From contig CAVYYP010000013.1 in assembly GCA_963772765.1 (NCBI GenBank), positions 637,243-701,242 of the forward strand: 64,000 bases of DNA, in the 5' to 3' direction. The position numbers were made by a program, and so were the translations under genes. Below the pieces are notes generated by a model that had not been told where the DNA came from, searched no databases, and worked only from the letters and a program-made list of their open reading frames with translations. Shown piece after piece: positions 1 through 10,558 of the stretch (its first letter is position 1; every line of letters begins with the position of its first letter). The DNA comes from Candidatus Bathyarchaeota archaeon. GTDB lineage: Archaea > Thermoproteota > Bathyarchaeia > Bathyarchaeales > Bathyarchaeaceae.

Positions 1-906
1 TACAGCTACGCTGAAGCTGTGGCGGGCTGTTGGCATCTGTTCGCCCGTAGTCCAGCTATCTGTTGATGGGTTATAGATTTGGTTCAAGGCTACCTCGTCA
101 TATGATTTGTATCCTCCGAGAACGTAGATTCGTTTTGGCGCAAATTCTCCGCTTGTTGATGCTGCGGCAGCCAAGCCAACAGGAGTAGGAATGTTTGCTC
201 CTTGACTCCAGCTATCAGATTCAGTATCGTATATTTGGGTCAAATTGCTCTGAAAACCGCTTATCACATAGATTTTGTTGTCCAAGCTTGCAGAAGTTGG
301 ATTGCTTGGCGTGTTTGGCATCGGAGTCTTTGTTGTCCATGTGTCAGTTTCGGGATTGTAGACCTCGTTTGTGTCAAGTTCTACTATGCCCTGAGGTGGA
401 GGCAAATCTGGGTATTGGAATCCGCCAATCAGATAGATTTCGCCGTTAACTGCAGCGGCTTTTGGTCTCTGTCTTACTGTGGGCATCGAGGTTCTGTTTT
501 CCCATGTATCAGTTGCGGGGTCGTAAACTTCGTTGACTGTGGAAAGTATTCCGTTTCCGTTTCCACTCATGTTGTATGCGATAATGCCGCCTATACAGTA
601 TATTTCGTTGTTGACTACGGCTATTCCGAAATCGCTTCGTGGAGTTGGCATAGATGCTTTTGTTGTCCACGTGTTTGTAACTGGATCATATTCTTCGTTG
701 GTTGAAAGATACCCGTTGTCATTTACGCCACCTATTGCATAGACCTTGTTATTTACCACCGCAACCCCAAGACCACTTCTTATAGTGGGCATCGGCTCAA
801 GGGCTGTCCAAGAATCATCTGCTGCACTAACTAATGGCATGTTAATAGTTAGTTGCGCTAGAACAAAAACTAGCAAAACAATTATTGTTACTTTGGTTGT
901 CTTCAT
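1..906 (-). CDS. Kelch-repeat secreted protein, C-terminus cut by window edge
   Basis: Absent from the ORF track because it is open at the window edge. Reverse translation from the ATG at 906-904 gives MKTTKVTIIVLLVFVLAQLTINMPLVSAADDSW (signal-like). Repeated units such as VVNNKVYAIGG...NEEYDPVTNTWTTKASMP follow, which is a Kelch pattern. The frame stays open for 302 codons to position 1. The + strand ORFs at 195-985 are its antisense shadows. Confidence 0.8.
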   Translation of the reverse strand, partial: MKTTKVTIIVLLVFVLAQLTINMPLVSAADDSWTALEPMPTIRSGLGVAVVNNKVYAIGGVNDNGYLSTNEEYDPVTNTWTTKASMPTPRSDFGIAVVNNEIYCIGGIIAYNMSGNGNGILSTVNEVYDPATDTWENRTSMPTVRQRPKAAAVNGEIYLIGGFQYPDLPPPQGIVELDTNEVYNPETDTWTTKTPMPNTPSNPTSASLDNKIYVISGFQSNLTQIYDTESDSWSQGANIPTPVGLAAAASTSGEFAPKRIYVLGGYKSYDEVALNQIYNPSTDSWTTGEQMPTARHSFSVAV

Positions 907-1066
907 TTTCCTAACAAGTAATGGCTTTTTGTTGGTTGAAAAGGATTTTTGTCAAGAAACATTGACAAACAACATTTCTAGGTAATGTCAACTTTGACGA
1001 CTAACATCGAAACAGGTAGAGCTTCATCCGGTTTTGATAACGATAGTAATTAGATAGTAATTACTT

Positions 1067-1279
1067 TTATCCCGTTATTGTTTTTTTGACCTGCAAATAA
1101 AGGAATACGTCGTCGAATAGTTGTTTTTGTGTTTTGATTTCGTTAAGAATTTTTTCTAGTTTTTTTTCGTCTACTTTAGAGCTTATGAGGTGTGATTCTA
1201 GGATTTGGCGTTCTTCGTCAGTAAAAATTTTGGTTATCATACTTCTTTTTCGGGAAGAGCGCAATAAAACCTTTTCCAA
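1067..1279 (-). CDS. hypothetical small protein
   Basis: 70-aa ORF co-directional with and just downstream of the wHTH gene at 1298-1534. No recognisable motif. Confidence 0.3.
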   Translation of the reverse strand: MEKVLLRSSRKRSMITKIFTDEERQILESHLISSKVDEKKLEKILNEIKTQKQLFDDVFLYLQVKKTITG

Positions 1280-1297
1280 AAAGAAAACTAACTGTTG

Positions 1298-1534
1298 TTA
1301 GTGTCTTGTCGTCATCAGCAGCTCAAGTTTTTGGTATTTGCGGAGAAATGCAATGCCCTTTTCTGTTGTTTTGTATGAGTTTCCCATTGCAAGAAGTCCC
1401 GTCTCTATTAGCAGGTCCAAGTATTTTTGAACAAACCTGAAACTAAGACCACAAGCGTACATTATTCGCGTCTTTTTTGCTCCATCCTTTGCGGTTTCTA
1501 AAATTTCTGCGATTATTTCAAAGGAACTTCTCAT
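1298..1534 (-). CDS. small archaeal winged-helix DNA-binding protein
   Basis: 78 aa. The pattern EIIAEILETAKDGAKKTRIMYACGLSFRFVQKYLDLLIETGLL...TEKG is typical of small archaeal wHTH proteins. A paralog lies at 7107-7379. Confidence 0.6.
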   Translation of the reverse strand: MRSSFEIIAEILETAKDGAKKTRIMYACGLSFRFVQKYLDLLIETGLLAMGNSYKTTEKGIAFLRKYQKLELLMTTRH

Positions 1535-1681
1535 TTTTCACCATTCCCTTACTAGAAACGGAGATACAATTTTTCTATAAATAGCGTCCTCTACAAATCG
1601 CCATATTTCCAAAACAGCAATATATCCATCCCAAAAACCTTGTAATGCAATGGAATTTTTTATTAACCGCAACCTAATTAC

Positions 1682-2791
1682 ATGAACTCTGTAAAGGTGG
1701 AGTCAACTATGGTAGAATTAGACTTCGGCGGAATAAAAGAAAATGTTCTAACTAGAGAAGAATTTCCAGTAGAAAAAGCAAAAGAAATTCTGAAAAACGA
1801 AACAATCGCCGTCCTAGGATATGGTATTCAAGGACGTGCCCAATCATTAAATATGCGAGATAACGGAATCAAAGTTATTGTAGGACAAAGCAAAGAGTTC
1901 CCAGTAAATTATCAACAAGCACTAGACGACGGATGGGTTCCCGGAGAAACACTCTTCCCCCTAGAAGAAGCAGCAAAAAAAGGAACAATCAAACTTTACC
2001 TATTGACTGATGCAGCACAAAAAGCATTATGGCCAAAATTAAAGCTCACATTCAAAGAAGGCGACGCACTCTACTTCTCACACGGCTTCTCCATAGTATA
2101 CAGAGACCAAACAGGCGTGGTTCCTCCAGAAAACATTGACGTTATACTGGTTGCACCAAAAGGCTCAGGAACCTCGGTCAGACGTAACTTTGTAGCAGGA
2201 AGCGGAATAAACAGCAGCTATGCAGTCCACCAAAACTTCACAGGAAGAGCAGAAGACAGAGTAAAAGCCATCGGAATCGCAATCGGCTCAGGATACCTGT
2301 TCCCAACAACCTTCGAAAAAGAGGTATACAGCGACCTGACAGGAGAACGAGGAGTCCTAATGGGTGCAATCGAAGGAATAATGGAAGCACAATACAACTG
2401 CCTAAGAGAAAACGGACACAGCCCAAGCGAAGCCTTCAACGAAACAGTAGAAGAATTCACACAAAGTCTAATCAGACTCGTAGACCAGAACGGCATGGAC
2501 TGGATGTACAACAACTGCAGCGAAACCGCAAGAATCGGAGCCCTAAGATGGAAAGAAAGATTCAGAGACTGCTCAAAACCCCTATTCGACTCACTGTATG
2601 AACTCGTAGCAAACGGAGAAGAAGTAAAAATTGTCCTAGAAAAAAGCAAACAACTCGACTTTGCAAAGAAACTGGCAGAAGAACTGCAAGAAATGGGCAA
2701 CTCTGAAATGTGGAGAGCAGGCAAAACAGTCAGGTCACTACGACCAAAGACAGAAAAACAAGGCCACACTGGCTGCTGCCACAACCACTAA
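1682..2791 (+). CDS. ilvC: ketol-acid reductoisomerase
   Basis: Rossmann motif VLGYGIQGRAQSLNMRDNG, plus the KARI-like stretches FSHGF, APKGSG and SETARIG. The true start may be the internal Met at 1709. Confidence 0.9.
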   Translation: MNSVKVESTMVELDFGGIKENVLTREEFPVEKAKEILKNETIAVLGYGIQGRAQSLNMRDNGIKVIVGQSKEFPVNYQQALDDGWVPGETLFPLEEAAKKGTIKLYLLTDAAQKALWPKLKLTFKEGDALYFSHGFSIVYRDQTGVVPPENIDVILVAPKGSGTSVRRNFVAGSGINSSYAVHQNFTGRAEDRVKAIGIAIGSGYLFPTTFEKEVYSDLTGERGVLMGAIEGIMEAQYNCLRENGHSPSEAFNETVEEFTQSLIRLVDQNGMDWMYNNCSETARIGALRWKERFRDCSKPLFDSLYELVANGEEVKIVLEKSKQLDFAKKLAEELQEMGNSEMWRAGKTVRSLRPKTEKQGHTGCCHNH

Positions 2792-2945
2792 ACCAATAAT
2801 ATGCACTGAGAAACAGTGCACAATCTTCTTTTCTTCTAAATTTTTTATTTTCATAAAATTAGTTTAGGCTAGCCTAGACAAGAAAAAAGATAAAAAACTG
2901 GGTCTCAAAAAAGGGAGACCAAACAATTGGTAACTGATAGCTAAC

Positions 2946-3458
2946 TTATTCTTCGATTCTAACTGATTTTGCTCCTCTAGACAGGGAAGTGATGCCTGTT
3001 CGGGCAACTTCTCGGACGCCAAATGGTCTCATCAAACTGATGAACGCATCAATCTTGTTTGATGTTCCAGTTATTTCCATCATCAGGGATTCGGTGGAAA
3101 CGTCCACGACTCGTGCACGGAAAATGTCAGCATAGTTGATGATGTCTGATCTTGCTTTGGTGCTTGGAGCATTCACTTTAATCAGTGCGAGTTCTCGTGT
3201 TACGATGTTTTCTGGTTCTAGCCGTGTGACTTTGATGACGTCGATTAGCTTGTTTAGCTGTTTAATTACCTGCTCGATTGTTCTGTCGTCGCCTCTGACC
3301 ATTATTGTCATCCTTGCCAAGCCAAGCTCTTCTGCTGGTCCAACCGAAATGCTGTCTATGTTAAAGCCTCTGCACCTGAAAAGATTCGAAACACTATACA
3401 ATACACCAGGCTTGTGCTCGACTATTGTAGAAATTATGTGATTGTGTTCTTTTGTCAT
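2946..3458 (-). CDS. ilvN: acetolactate synthase small (regulatory) subunit
   Basis: 170 aa with an ACT-domain N-terminus (HIISTIVEHKPGVLYSVSNLFRCRGFNIDSISVG). Lies directly downstream of ilvB. Confidence 0.9.
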   Translation of the reverse strand: MTKEHNHIISTIVEHKPGVLYSVSNLFRCRGFNIDSISVGPAEELGLARMTIMVRGDDRTIEQVIKQLNKLIDVIKVTRLEPENIVTRELALIKVNAPSTKARSDIINYADIFRARVVDVSTESLMMEITGTSNKIDAFISLMRPFGVREVARTGITSLSRGAKSVRIEE

Positions 3459-3461
3459 GGT

Positions 3462-5174
3462 TTACAGCCCCACAACCGTGTCTTTAAGACCCTTACCAGG
3501 AGGAACCATCGGAAACACATCATCCTCTGGATTAATTGGGATATCAATGACAGTGGTCACTTCGCACTTTAAAGCATTGTCAACAGCACAAGACAGCTCA
3601 TCTAAGGAGCCAACACGAGTTCCCTCTGCACCATATGCCTGCGCAAGCTTCACAAAGTCTGGAACACTTCCCAGCTTCACAGCCGCATAACGTCCCTTAT
3701 AGAAAAGCCGTTGCCACTGAGCGACCATGCCCAGCACCGAATTGTTAAGTACAACAACAATTACTGGAATATCCTCTGTAACCGAAGTGCCAAGCTCCTG
3801 CTCTGTCATTCTGAAACTTCCGTCGCCTGCAATATCTACGACAGGACACTGCGGACAAGCCACTTTTGCTCCTATAGATGCAGGAAAACCAAAGCCCATT
3901 GTTCCCAGCCCACCTGAGCTGATGAATGTTCGGGGCTTGTATGTCTGGAAATGAAGTGCAGCCCACATCTGATTCTGACCCACCTCTGTCGCAATGATTG
4001 CATCTTTTGGAAGAAGCTTTCTTAGCCGTCTTAGAATCTTAGGAGATGTCATCTCGGTACTGCCAAGGTCCATTTCGCTAAGATACTTTTCTTTAACTTC
4101 CTGAACTCTGGTGACCCATGCATCATCGTCCTGCTTCTTTTTCAGCTTATTTACTAGCTGCTGCTGAATCATCCTTAAAGTTGGCTTGGCATCAGCAACA
4201 ATCGGCACCTCAACGTCGATGTTCTTTCCTATTTCTGCCGCATCAATATCGATGTGAATAATCTTTGCGTCAGGACAGAACGTGTCTAGTGTTCCTGTGC
4301 TTCTGTCTTGGAATCGTGTTCCGACAGCCAGCAAAACGTCAGCCTCCAAAATCATCTTGTTAGCCAACATTGTGCCGTGCATTCCAATGTTTCCAATAGA
4401 CAGTGGATGGTTTTCGGGGAAACAGCTTTTGCCCATAAATGTTGTAGCAACTGGAGCCATCAACAGTTCAGCAATCTGCAACAGCTCAGGAGAAGCATTG
4501 GAAAGGTTCACTCCTCCTCCAGCCAGTATCATGGGACGCTCTGCGCTTAGAAGTAGCTTAACTGCTCTTTTTACCTGAACTGGATGTGGTTCAGTGTTTG
4601 GTTTGTAGCCTCGTATTTGTAGATTTTCTGAGAAATCCATTTCTGCTTTTCCTGTTTGTGTGTCTTTTGGAAGGTCAATCAGGGTTGGTCCGGGTCTGCC
4701 TGTTGTGGCAATATAGAATGACGTTTTCACTGCTCGGGGGATTTCTGCTGGGCTTTTCACTTGAACGTTGTATTTGGTGATTGGTGTGGTTATGCCGATG
4801 ATGTCTGCTTCCTGAAATGCGTCTCGTCCAATCATGTATGAGGTATTAGCTGAATAGGCGTTAACCTGTCCTGTAAGCGCAATAACTGGAGAAGAATCTA
4901 GGTACGCGTTGGCTAGTCCTGTTACGATGTTTGTTGCTCCAGGACCTGATGTAGCCATGCAAACGCCTGGTCTGCCGCTTGCCCTAGCAAAGCCGTCTGC
5001 CATGTGTGCTGCACCCTGCTCGTGGCGAGCAAGAATGTGGCGTATTCCCGAGTCGTATAGGACGTCGTGGATTGGCAGCAGGGCTCCTCCAGATATTCCG
5101 AACATTACTTCTACTTTTTCTTGTTTTAGAGATTCTATGAGAGCTTGCGCTCCAGTCATTTTTGCCATTTTCAA
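3462..5174 (-). CDS. ilvB: acetolactate synthase large subunit (ThDP-dependent)
   Basis: 570 aa. N-terminus GAQALIESLKQEKVEVMFGISGGALLP and the ThDP motif GDGSF...NN are both present. Confidence 0.92.
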   Translation of the reverse strand: MKMAKMTGAQALIESLKQEKVEVMFGISGGALLPIHDVLYDSGIRHILARHEQGAAHMADGFARASGRPGVCMATSGPGATNIVTGLANAYLDSSPVIALTGQVNAYSANTSYMIGRDAFQEADIIGITTPITKYNVQVKSPAEIPRAVKTSFYIATTGRPGPTLIDLPKDTQTGKAEMDFSENLQIRGYKPNTEPHPVQVKRAVKLLLSAERPMILAGGGVNLSNASPELLQIAELLMAPVATTFMGKSCFPENHPLSIGNIGMHGTMLANKMILEADVLLAVGTRFQDRSTGTLDTFCPDAKIIHIDIDAAEIGKNIDVEVPIVADAKPTLRMIQQQLVNKLKKKQDDDAWVTRVQEVKEKYLSEMDLGSTEMTSPKILRRLRKLLPKDAIIATEVGQNQMWAALHFQTYKPRTFISSGGLGTMGFGFPASIGAKVACPQCPVVDIAGDGSFRMTEQELGTSVTEDIPVIVVVLNNSVLGMVAQWQRLFYKGRYAAVKLGSVPDFVKLAQAYGAEGTRVGSLDELSCAVDNALKCEVTTVIDIPINPEDDVFPMVPPGKGLKDTVVGL

Positions 5175-6707
5175 CTTTTCTCCTTAACTTTATTGTTGTT
5201 GTAATTTGTCATCAGAACATTCATTCCGCTGAGCATCGCCTCAACGCTTGCTATGACTATGTCCTCGTTTACGCCCATTGCAGTGGACTTTCTGTCCCCC
5301 TTGCTGAGGCTCACCGCTACCTCTGTTACGGCATTTGTGCCTCCAGTGATAGCCTTGACAGAATAGTTCTCCAGCTGTATTGGCTCAACGATTCCAACAG
5401 CCTTCTTTATTGCACTAATCGCAGCATCCACTGGACCAACCCCTATGGCTGCCTCAGTAAGCATTTTACCATTAAGATTTAGCCTCACAGAAGCCGTTGA
5501 GGTAACCCTGTTTCCTGTAACAACCGTTATCTCTTCAAGCTTAATTGGACGAACCACAGGCAAGCCCATAACTGCCTCAGCTATTGCCTGCAAATCAGCA
5601 TCAGAAACACGTTTACCTTTATCTCCGAGACTCTTCACACGCAGAAAAATCTCCTTAAGCTGCTCATCGCTAGGCTCAAGCCCCATCTCATTCAATGAAG
5701 CCTTGATTCCAGCTGAACCAGAATGCTTTCCAGCTGCAATTCTTCTTGTGCGCCCAATCATTTCAGGCTTGAAAGGCTCATATGTTGCTGGATTTGCCAG
5801 TATTCCGTGAGTATGCATCCCTGACTCGTGCACAAAAGCGTTCTCGCCCACGATCGACTTGTTAGGCTGCAACGGAAAATCGGTTATTCTCGAAACCAGA
5901 CGTGACGTCTCGTAGATCATTTTGGTTTTTATTGCCAAATTCACGCCATACTGTGCCTTGAGAACAACAGCTAGCTCCTCAAGTGAAGCGTTTCCTGCTC
6001 GTTCTCCTAGCCCATTCATTGTTACATGCGCTTGGTCTGCACCCCACTGCAGAGCAATTATTGAGTTTGCCAGTGCTAAGCCGAAGTCGTCATGGCAGTG
6101 AACACTCAGAGGAACGTCTTTGAAGCTTTTTTTCAGTTCGATGTAAAGTTCTTTTGTTTTTTCGGGTATCAGAACTCCAACAGTGTCACAGGGACACAGT
6201 CTGTCTGCGCCTGCGTCTACGCCTGCTTTGAACATTTTTGTAAGAAAATCCAGGTCGCTTCTTGTTGCGTCTTCGGCTGACAGTTCAACGATGAGTCCGT
6301 GATCTTTGGCATACTGGGTAGTATCCGAGGTGATTTGTAATACTTCTTCTCTGCTCTTTTTCAGTTTGTATTGGAGATGCAAATCAGAGGAAGGAATAAC
6401 CAGATGCACTCCCACAGCGCCGGTTTTTATTACGGCGTCTATGTCTTTTGTTACGCCCCTGGCCATGCTGAAGACTTGTGCTTTAAGTCCTGCATCGGCA
6501 ATGAGTTTTATTGCTTCCATTTCCCCTTCAGAAGCTGCGGCGAAGCCTGCCTCCATGGCATCTACCCCGATGCGGTCTAAGCTCTCAGCGATTCTTAGCT
6601 TTTTTTCTGGAGTTAAAGAAACTCCCGGGGTCTGTTCACCGTCTCTGAGGGTTGTGTCAAAAACTCTTATCTTTTCGGGGAAACTAGCGGATAAAGCGAT
6701 CCCCCAT
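5171..6707 (-). CDS. 2-isopropylmalate synthase / (R)-citramalate synthase family, with an apparent 1-nt frameshift near the 5' end
   Basis: The catalytic motif [15 protein letters not shown] is encoded at about 6617-6661. That is upstream of the first in-frame ATG (6556) used by the ORF track. An ATG at 6707 becomes in-frame if the C5 run at 6701-6705 is one base shorter. A C-terminal LeuA-dimer-like domain is present. Confidence 0.85.
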
Positions 6708-6900
6708 TTTCTGTCCCTCGAGAACCCAATGATCCCTCACGATTCATTCCTCGTTCCTTCCAAACAACTCAAGAATTCATATAAAAGTTTTTCTGAACCG
6801 TAACAAGTTTGCTAGGTTGTTGTTCTGTTTAATGGCTAAACGATGCTGAACAGCATTTAAGTTAGATTGCTTTCAATGATTCAACAATCTTGGTGTTTCA

Positions 6901-7123
6901 TTGATGTCAGAAAAACTGCCAGAAGTTTTCTGGGAATTCCATAGTAACATTCCACGGCAAGGACCCGGAGACAATGAGTCAACAAAAAGTATACATGGTG
7001 CTCAAAGATTTGCCAAAAAATCCCAGCATACTAGACATCTGATGCGGACCAGAAATGTAAACAATAGAGCTGGCAAAACGGTTTGATGGGAATATTGTAG
7101 GTGACTATGTTGCTCAAACCTGA
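6901..7123 (+). pseudogene. SAM-dependent methyltransferase fragment (frameshifted and truncated)
   Basis: Begins ...FWEFHSNIPRQGPGDNESTK. A second frame then reads LKDLPKNPSILDI*CGPEM*TIELAKRFDGNIV. That is motif I of class I methyltransferases, interrupted by stops, and the rest of the fold is missing. Confidence 0.6.
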
Positions 7124-7379
7124 CCTTTACGTTGTTGCCCGTTTTCTTGATGTGCTCTGATGGGACACTGTTGGAATGAAAAAGACTCCTTTACAGATGT
7201 CAGTTGGACTTAACTACCAAACTTTTCTCAAATACCTGGACTGGCTCAAGAAACATGACTTGATAAAAATCACGGTAGACGATGGAATTGAGAGGATTAA
7301 GCTTTCAGAAAAAGGAATTGATGCCCATAAACGGCTTGTTGAATGGATTAAAGACACAATGAAAGGATTGAAGCTATAA
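7107..7379 (+). CDS. small archaeal winged-helix protein, paralog of 1298-1534, with an in-frame TGA at 7158-7160
   Basis: The ORF track starts at 7176. The upstream in-frame sequence from the ATG at 7107 (MLLKPDLYVVARFLDVL*WDTVG MKKTPLQMSVGLNYQTFLKYLDWL) aligns with the N-terminus of the 1298-1534 protein. Confidence 0.5.
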
Positions 7380-7489
7380 CAACAACTGTTTGTAATTGAG
7401 TTGCAGATTAGTCGCACTATTTTTTGTTGGTCAAAACATTTAACAGAATCAGCTATTCTTTATTTTATCCATTCAGAGGGTGTTAGAAT

Positions 7490-9148
7490 TTGAGAAGTGA
7501 TGCAGTTAAAGTTGGTTTTCAAAGAGCTCCTCACCGTGCCCTACTAAAGGCACTAGGACTTTCAGACGAGGACATCAAGAAACCGTTCATTGGTGTAGTA
7601 AACAGTTACACAAACGTGGTTCCTGGACACGTTCACCTACAGCAGGTAGCAGAAGCGGTAAAAGCAGGCATACGTAGCGCAGGTGGTGTTCCTTTCGAAT
7701 TCAACACAATAGGCATCTGTGACGGAATAGCTATGGGACACAACGGAATGCGCTATTCATTGCCTTCCCGAGAACTAATCGCAGACTCCGTAGAATCCAT
7801 GGTTCTAGCCCACAGATTCGACGGCATAGTCTTGATCACAACATGTGACAAAATAACGCCTGGAATGCTGATGGCAGCTGCCCGACTAAATATTCCCGCA
7901 ATAATGGTTACTGGAGGTCCAATGCTTTCAGGCAACTACAAGGGAAAGAAAGTGGGAACCGATTCTATGTTTGAGGCTATAGGCAAAGTTGCAGCAGGCA
8001 AAATGAGCGAAGAAGAACTGAAATGCCTTGAAGATGTTGCCTGTCCAACATGCGGCTCATGCAACGGGCTGTTCACAGCAAATACGATGGCGTGTGTAAC
8101 TGAAGCTCTTGGAATGTCCCTGCCCGGATGTGCCACTCCTGCCGCAATTAGTGCAGAGAGGATGAGAATGGCTCAGGCAACAGGAGAACGAATCGTTGGA
8201 TTAGTAAATGAGGACCTGAAGCCCCGAGACATAATGGTTTCTAACTCTTTTGAGAATGCAATAATGGTCGACATGGCTCTTGGAGGCTCAACCAACACTG
8301 TACTCCATGTTACGGCAATTGCGAACGAAGCAGGAGTAGACCTGCCACTATCAATATTTGACCAGTTGAGCAAACGTGTTTCACACCTTACCAACATGAT
8401 CCCTGCTGGACCATACGACATGCAAGACCTACATCAGGCAGGCGGAATTCCAGCAGTAATGAAAACATTAGAGGATTCGCTTCATCTTGACTCTGTTACC
8501 GTAACGGGAAAAACAGTCAAAGAAAACATTGCCCCTGCAAAAGTAACCAATCCTGAAGTGATTCACCCATTAGATAATCCTGTCCACAAGGAAGGCGGAA
8601 TCGCTGTTTTGTATGGAAACTTGGCAAAAGACGGCTCAGTAGTAAAGGCAGCAGGAATATCAGCCAACATGATGGTTCACAGTGGACCAGCCAAAGTTTT
8701 CGACTCTGAAGAAGACTCAATGAATGCAATCCTAAACAAGGAAATCAAGGAAGGCGACGTAGTTGTTATCCGATATGAAGGACCAAAAGGCGGACCAGGA
8801 ATGCGCGAGATGCTGTCACCTACGGCTTCTATAGCAGGAATGGGACTAAGCGAATCAGTTGCATTGATAACTGACGGACGCTTTTCTGGAGCAACAAGAG
8901 GACCATGCATCGGACACGTTTCCCCAGAAGCCGCCACTGGCGGAGCCATAGGCTTAGTAAAAGATGGCGATATCATAGAAATTGATGTTCCAAACAGAAA
9001 ACTAAGCGTAAAACTTAGCGATGAAGAACTGGCTAAACGTGCAAAATCTTGGAAACCAAAGGAACCTGCTGTCAAAACGGGTTATCTGTCTAGATATGCG
9101 CAGCTTGTTCAGCCTGCAAGCAAGGGAGCTGTCCTAAAACAGCTCTAA
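7490..9148 (+). CDS. ilvD: dihydroxy-acid dehydratase
   Basis: 552 aa with a TTG start. Contains [28 protein letters not shown] and PTCGSC (Fe-S ligands). Confidence 0.93.
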   Translation: MRSDAVKVGFQRAPHRALLKALGLSDEDIKKPFIGVVNSYTNVVPGHVHLQQVAEAVKAGIRSAGGVPFEFNTIGICDGIAMGHNGMRYSLPSRELIADSVESMVLAHRFDGIVLITTCDKITPGMLMAAARLNIPAIMVTGGPMLSGNYKGKKVGTDSMFEAIGKVAAGKMSEEELKCLEDVACPTCGSCNGLFTANTMACVTEALGMSLPGCATPAAISAERMRMAQATGERIVGLVNEDLKPRDIMVSNSFENAIMVDMALGGSTNTVLHVTAIANEAGVDLPLSIFDQLSKRVSHLTNMIPAGPYDMQDLHQAGGIPAVMKTLEDSLHLDSVTVTGKTVKENIAPAKVTNPEVIHPLDNPVHKEGGIAVLYGNLAKDGSVVKAAGISANMMVHSGPAKVFDSEEDSMNAILNKEIKEGDVVVIRYEGPKGGPGMREMLSPTASIAGMGLSESVALITDGRFSGATRGPCIGHVSPEAATGGAIGLVKDGDIIEIDVPNRKLSVKLSDEELAKRAKSWKPKEPAVKTGYLSRYAQLVQPASKGAVLKQL

Positions 9149-9168
9149 TCCACACCTTTTCTAGGTTT

Positions 9169-10356
9169 TCACTCGATTATGTTATGATACCATGTCAGAA
9201 TGTATTCTGGCAGGATGAGTCCTTTTTCGCTTAGTCTTGCTGTTAACAGTATTGGCAGACAGCTGAGCACATATGCTGCTCTCATGTAGAATCGTCTTGG
9301 TTTGCCCTTTTCCACTTTTTCTTCGAGCAGTATCTTTAGGTCAGAGTATATGTCAAGATTTGTTCCCTTGCGTCCGACAATGGAGAAGACTGTTCCGCCT
9401 ATTCCTTTGAATCTGTTGCACCAGCCAACAACAGGCTTTGTTCTTCCAGAGTAAGAAATCAAAATTTCTAGGTCACCCGCACGGGGATGTGGTGTGTTGA
9501 CTCCTCTGGCAATGTAAACGTTGTCTCCAAGAAACTTTTTGATGTGAAACAGCCTAACCGCAGTCATTTTTGCCACTTCTTCTGCTGTTCCTCTGCCGCC
9601 CAAGAAAATGTCGCTTCTTCTTTCAAGAAAATCCAAAACTTTCATCACTGCATGAGACTCGATTGCGTTTTCGGTAATTGACTTTAAATATGGAGCCTCT
9701 TCTGCAATGAGCTCAACTACGCGCTCTGCTGGGCTATCGTCAGCTATTGCTTCTGTTATCATCTGCAACAAAAACAGGCTGCCCAACTCAAAGATATCAC
9801 CCATTATTCCTGTCTCGCTGTAGGTGTCGGCTGCGGGCAACTGCTTTTTTTCTCTGCCCTCTACAACAACCACATGCCCATGCTGCTCAACAATCCTGGC
9901 AAGAGAAGAATTTTTGTTAGAGGTAAGCAGTCCCATAGAAAACTTTGTGCTGCCCGTCTCTTTCAGATACTTTTCAAGTTCCTCTGCTAGATGTTTAGGG
10001 TCATCAGATTCTCCGCTTCCAGAGCTGATAAGCAAAACTATCTTTTTGTGGCGTTTCTCAAGTTCTGAAGCCGCATCATACATTCCCCTTCCTGGAAAGC
10101 CAACATCTTCACGTGTGATAACAACTTTAGGCTCTTTCATCATCGCTATCTGGCTCATTGCAATGTTCAAGGAGTGGAGTGACCTTCCTGAGCCGCCGCA
10201 TACTATACAGTCTGCAGCTTTCAAATCATCGTATAGAGGTTGCAGTTTATTTTTTGTTATTTTTAGAAGATTTTTGTTAATTCGTTCGACGTACTCTACG
10301 GCAGAAATTTCTTGGCTAACTTTCGTCACCATCCATCTAAAACACAATGATTCCAT
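9169..10356 (-). CDS. tandem SIS-domain sugar-phosphate isomerase-like protein
   Basis: Two SIS-like halves are present. The first reads CGGSGRSLH...LLISSGSGESDD. The second reads GGRGTAEEVAKMTAVRLFH...ILISYSGRTKP. Confidence 0.55.
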   Translation of the reverse strand: MESLCFRWMVTKVSQEISAVEYVERINKNLLKITKNKLQPLYDDLKAADCIVCGGSGRSLHSLNIAMSQIAMMKEPKVVITREDVGFPGRGMYDAASELEKRHKKIVLLISSGSGESDDPKHLAEELEKYLKETGSTKFSMGLLTSNKNSSLARIVEQHGHVVVVEGREKKQLPAADTYSETGIMGDIFELGSLFLLQMITEAIADDSPAERVVELIAEEAPYLKSITENAIESHAVMKVLDFLERRSDIFLGGRGTAEEVAKMTAVRLFHIKKFLGDNVYIARGVNTPHPRAGDLEILISYSGRTKPVVGWCNRFKGIGGTVFSIVGRKGTNLDIYSDLKILLEEKVEKGKPRRFYMRAAYVLSCLPILLTARLSEKGLILPEYILTWYHNIIE

Positions 10357-10558
10357 TTTTTGGGCGCGTCAAAGAATTCTACCGATAATCATCTAATAAC
10401 CTTTATCCATGCCCTATCTGCTTGGTTCTGGACACAGAACATCTGCTTTGTTTACTAAATAAACTGACAAATTTTTATTGTTAGTCAAAAAATGCCCCTC
10501 AGAAGACTGATTTACATAACATTCTAATACCCCAAGGTATCTCCAATACACGGTCACA

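Noticed and set aside
2722-2791. Cys/His-rich C-terminal tail of IlvC (..KQGHTGCCHNH)
   Set aside because: It is a short extension past the conserved KARI core. It could be real or could be run-on past a mutated stop. There is no basis for assigning a function.
6668-6670. Programmed +1 frameshifting or general ATA initiation as the explanation for the leuA-like and hisZ start anomalies
   Set aside because: Both cases are repaired by deleting one base in a C-run, which brings a nearby ATG into frame. Sequencing error is the simpler explanation. The ATA coincidence is recorded only as a low-priority alternative.
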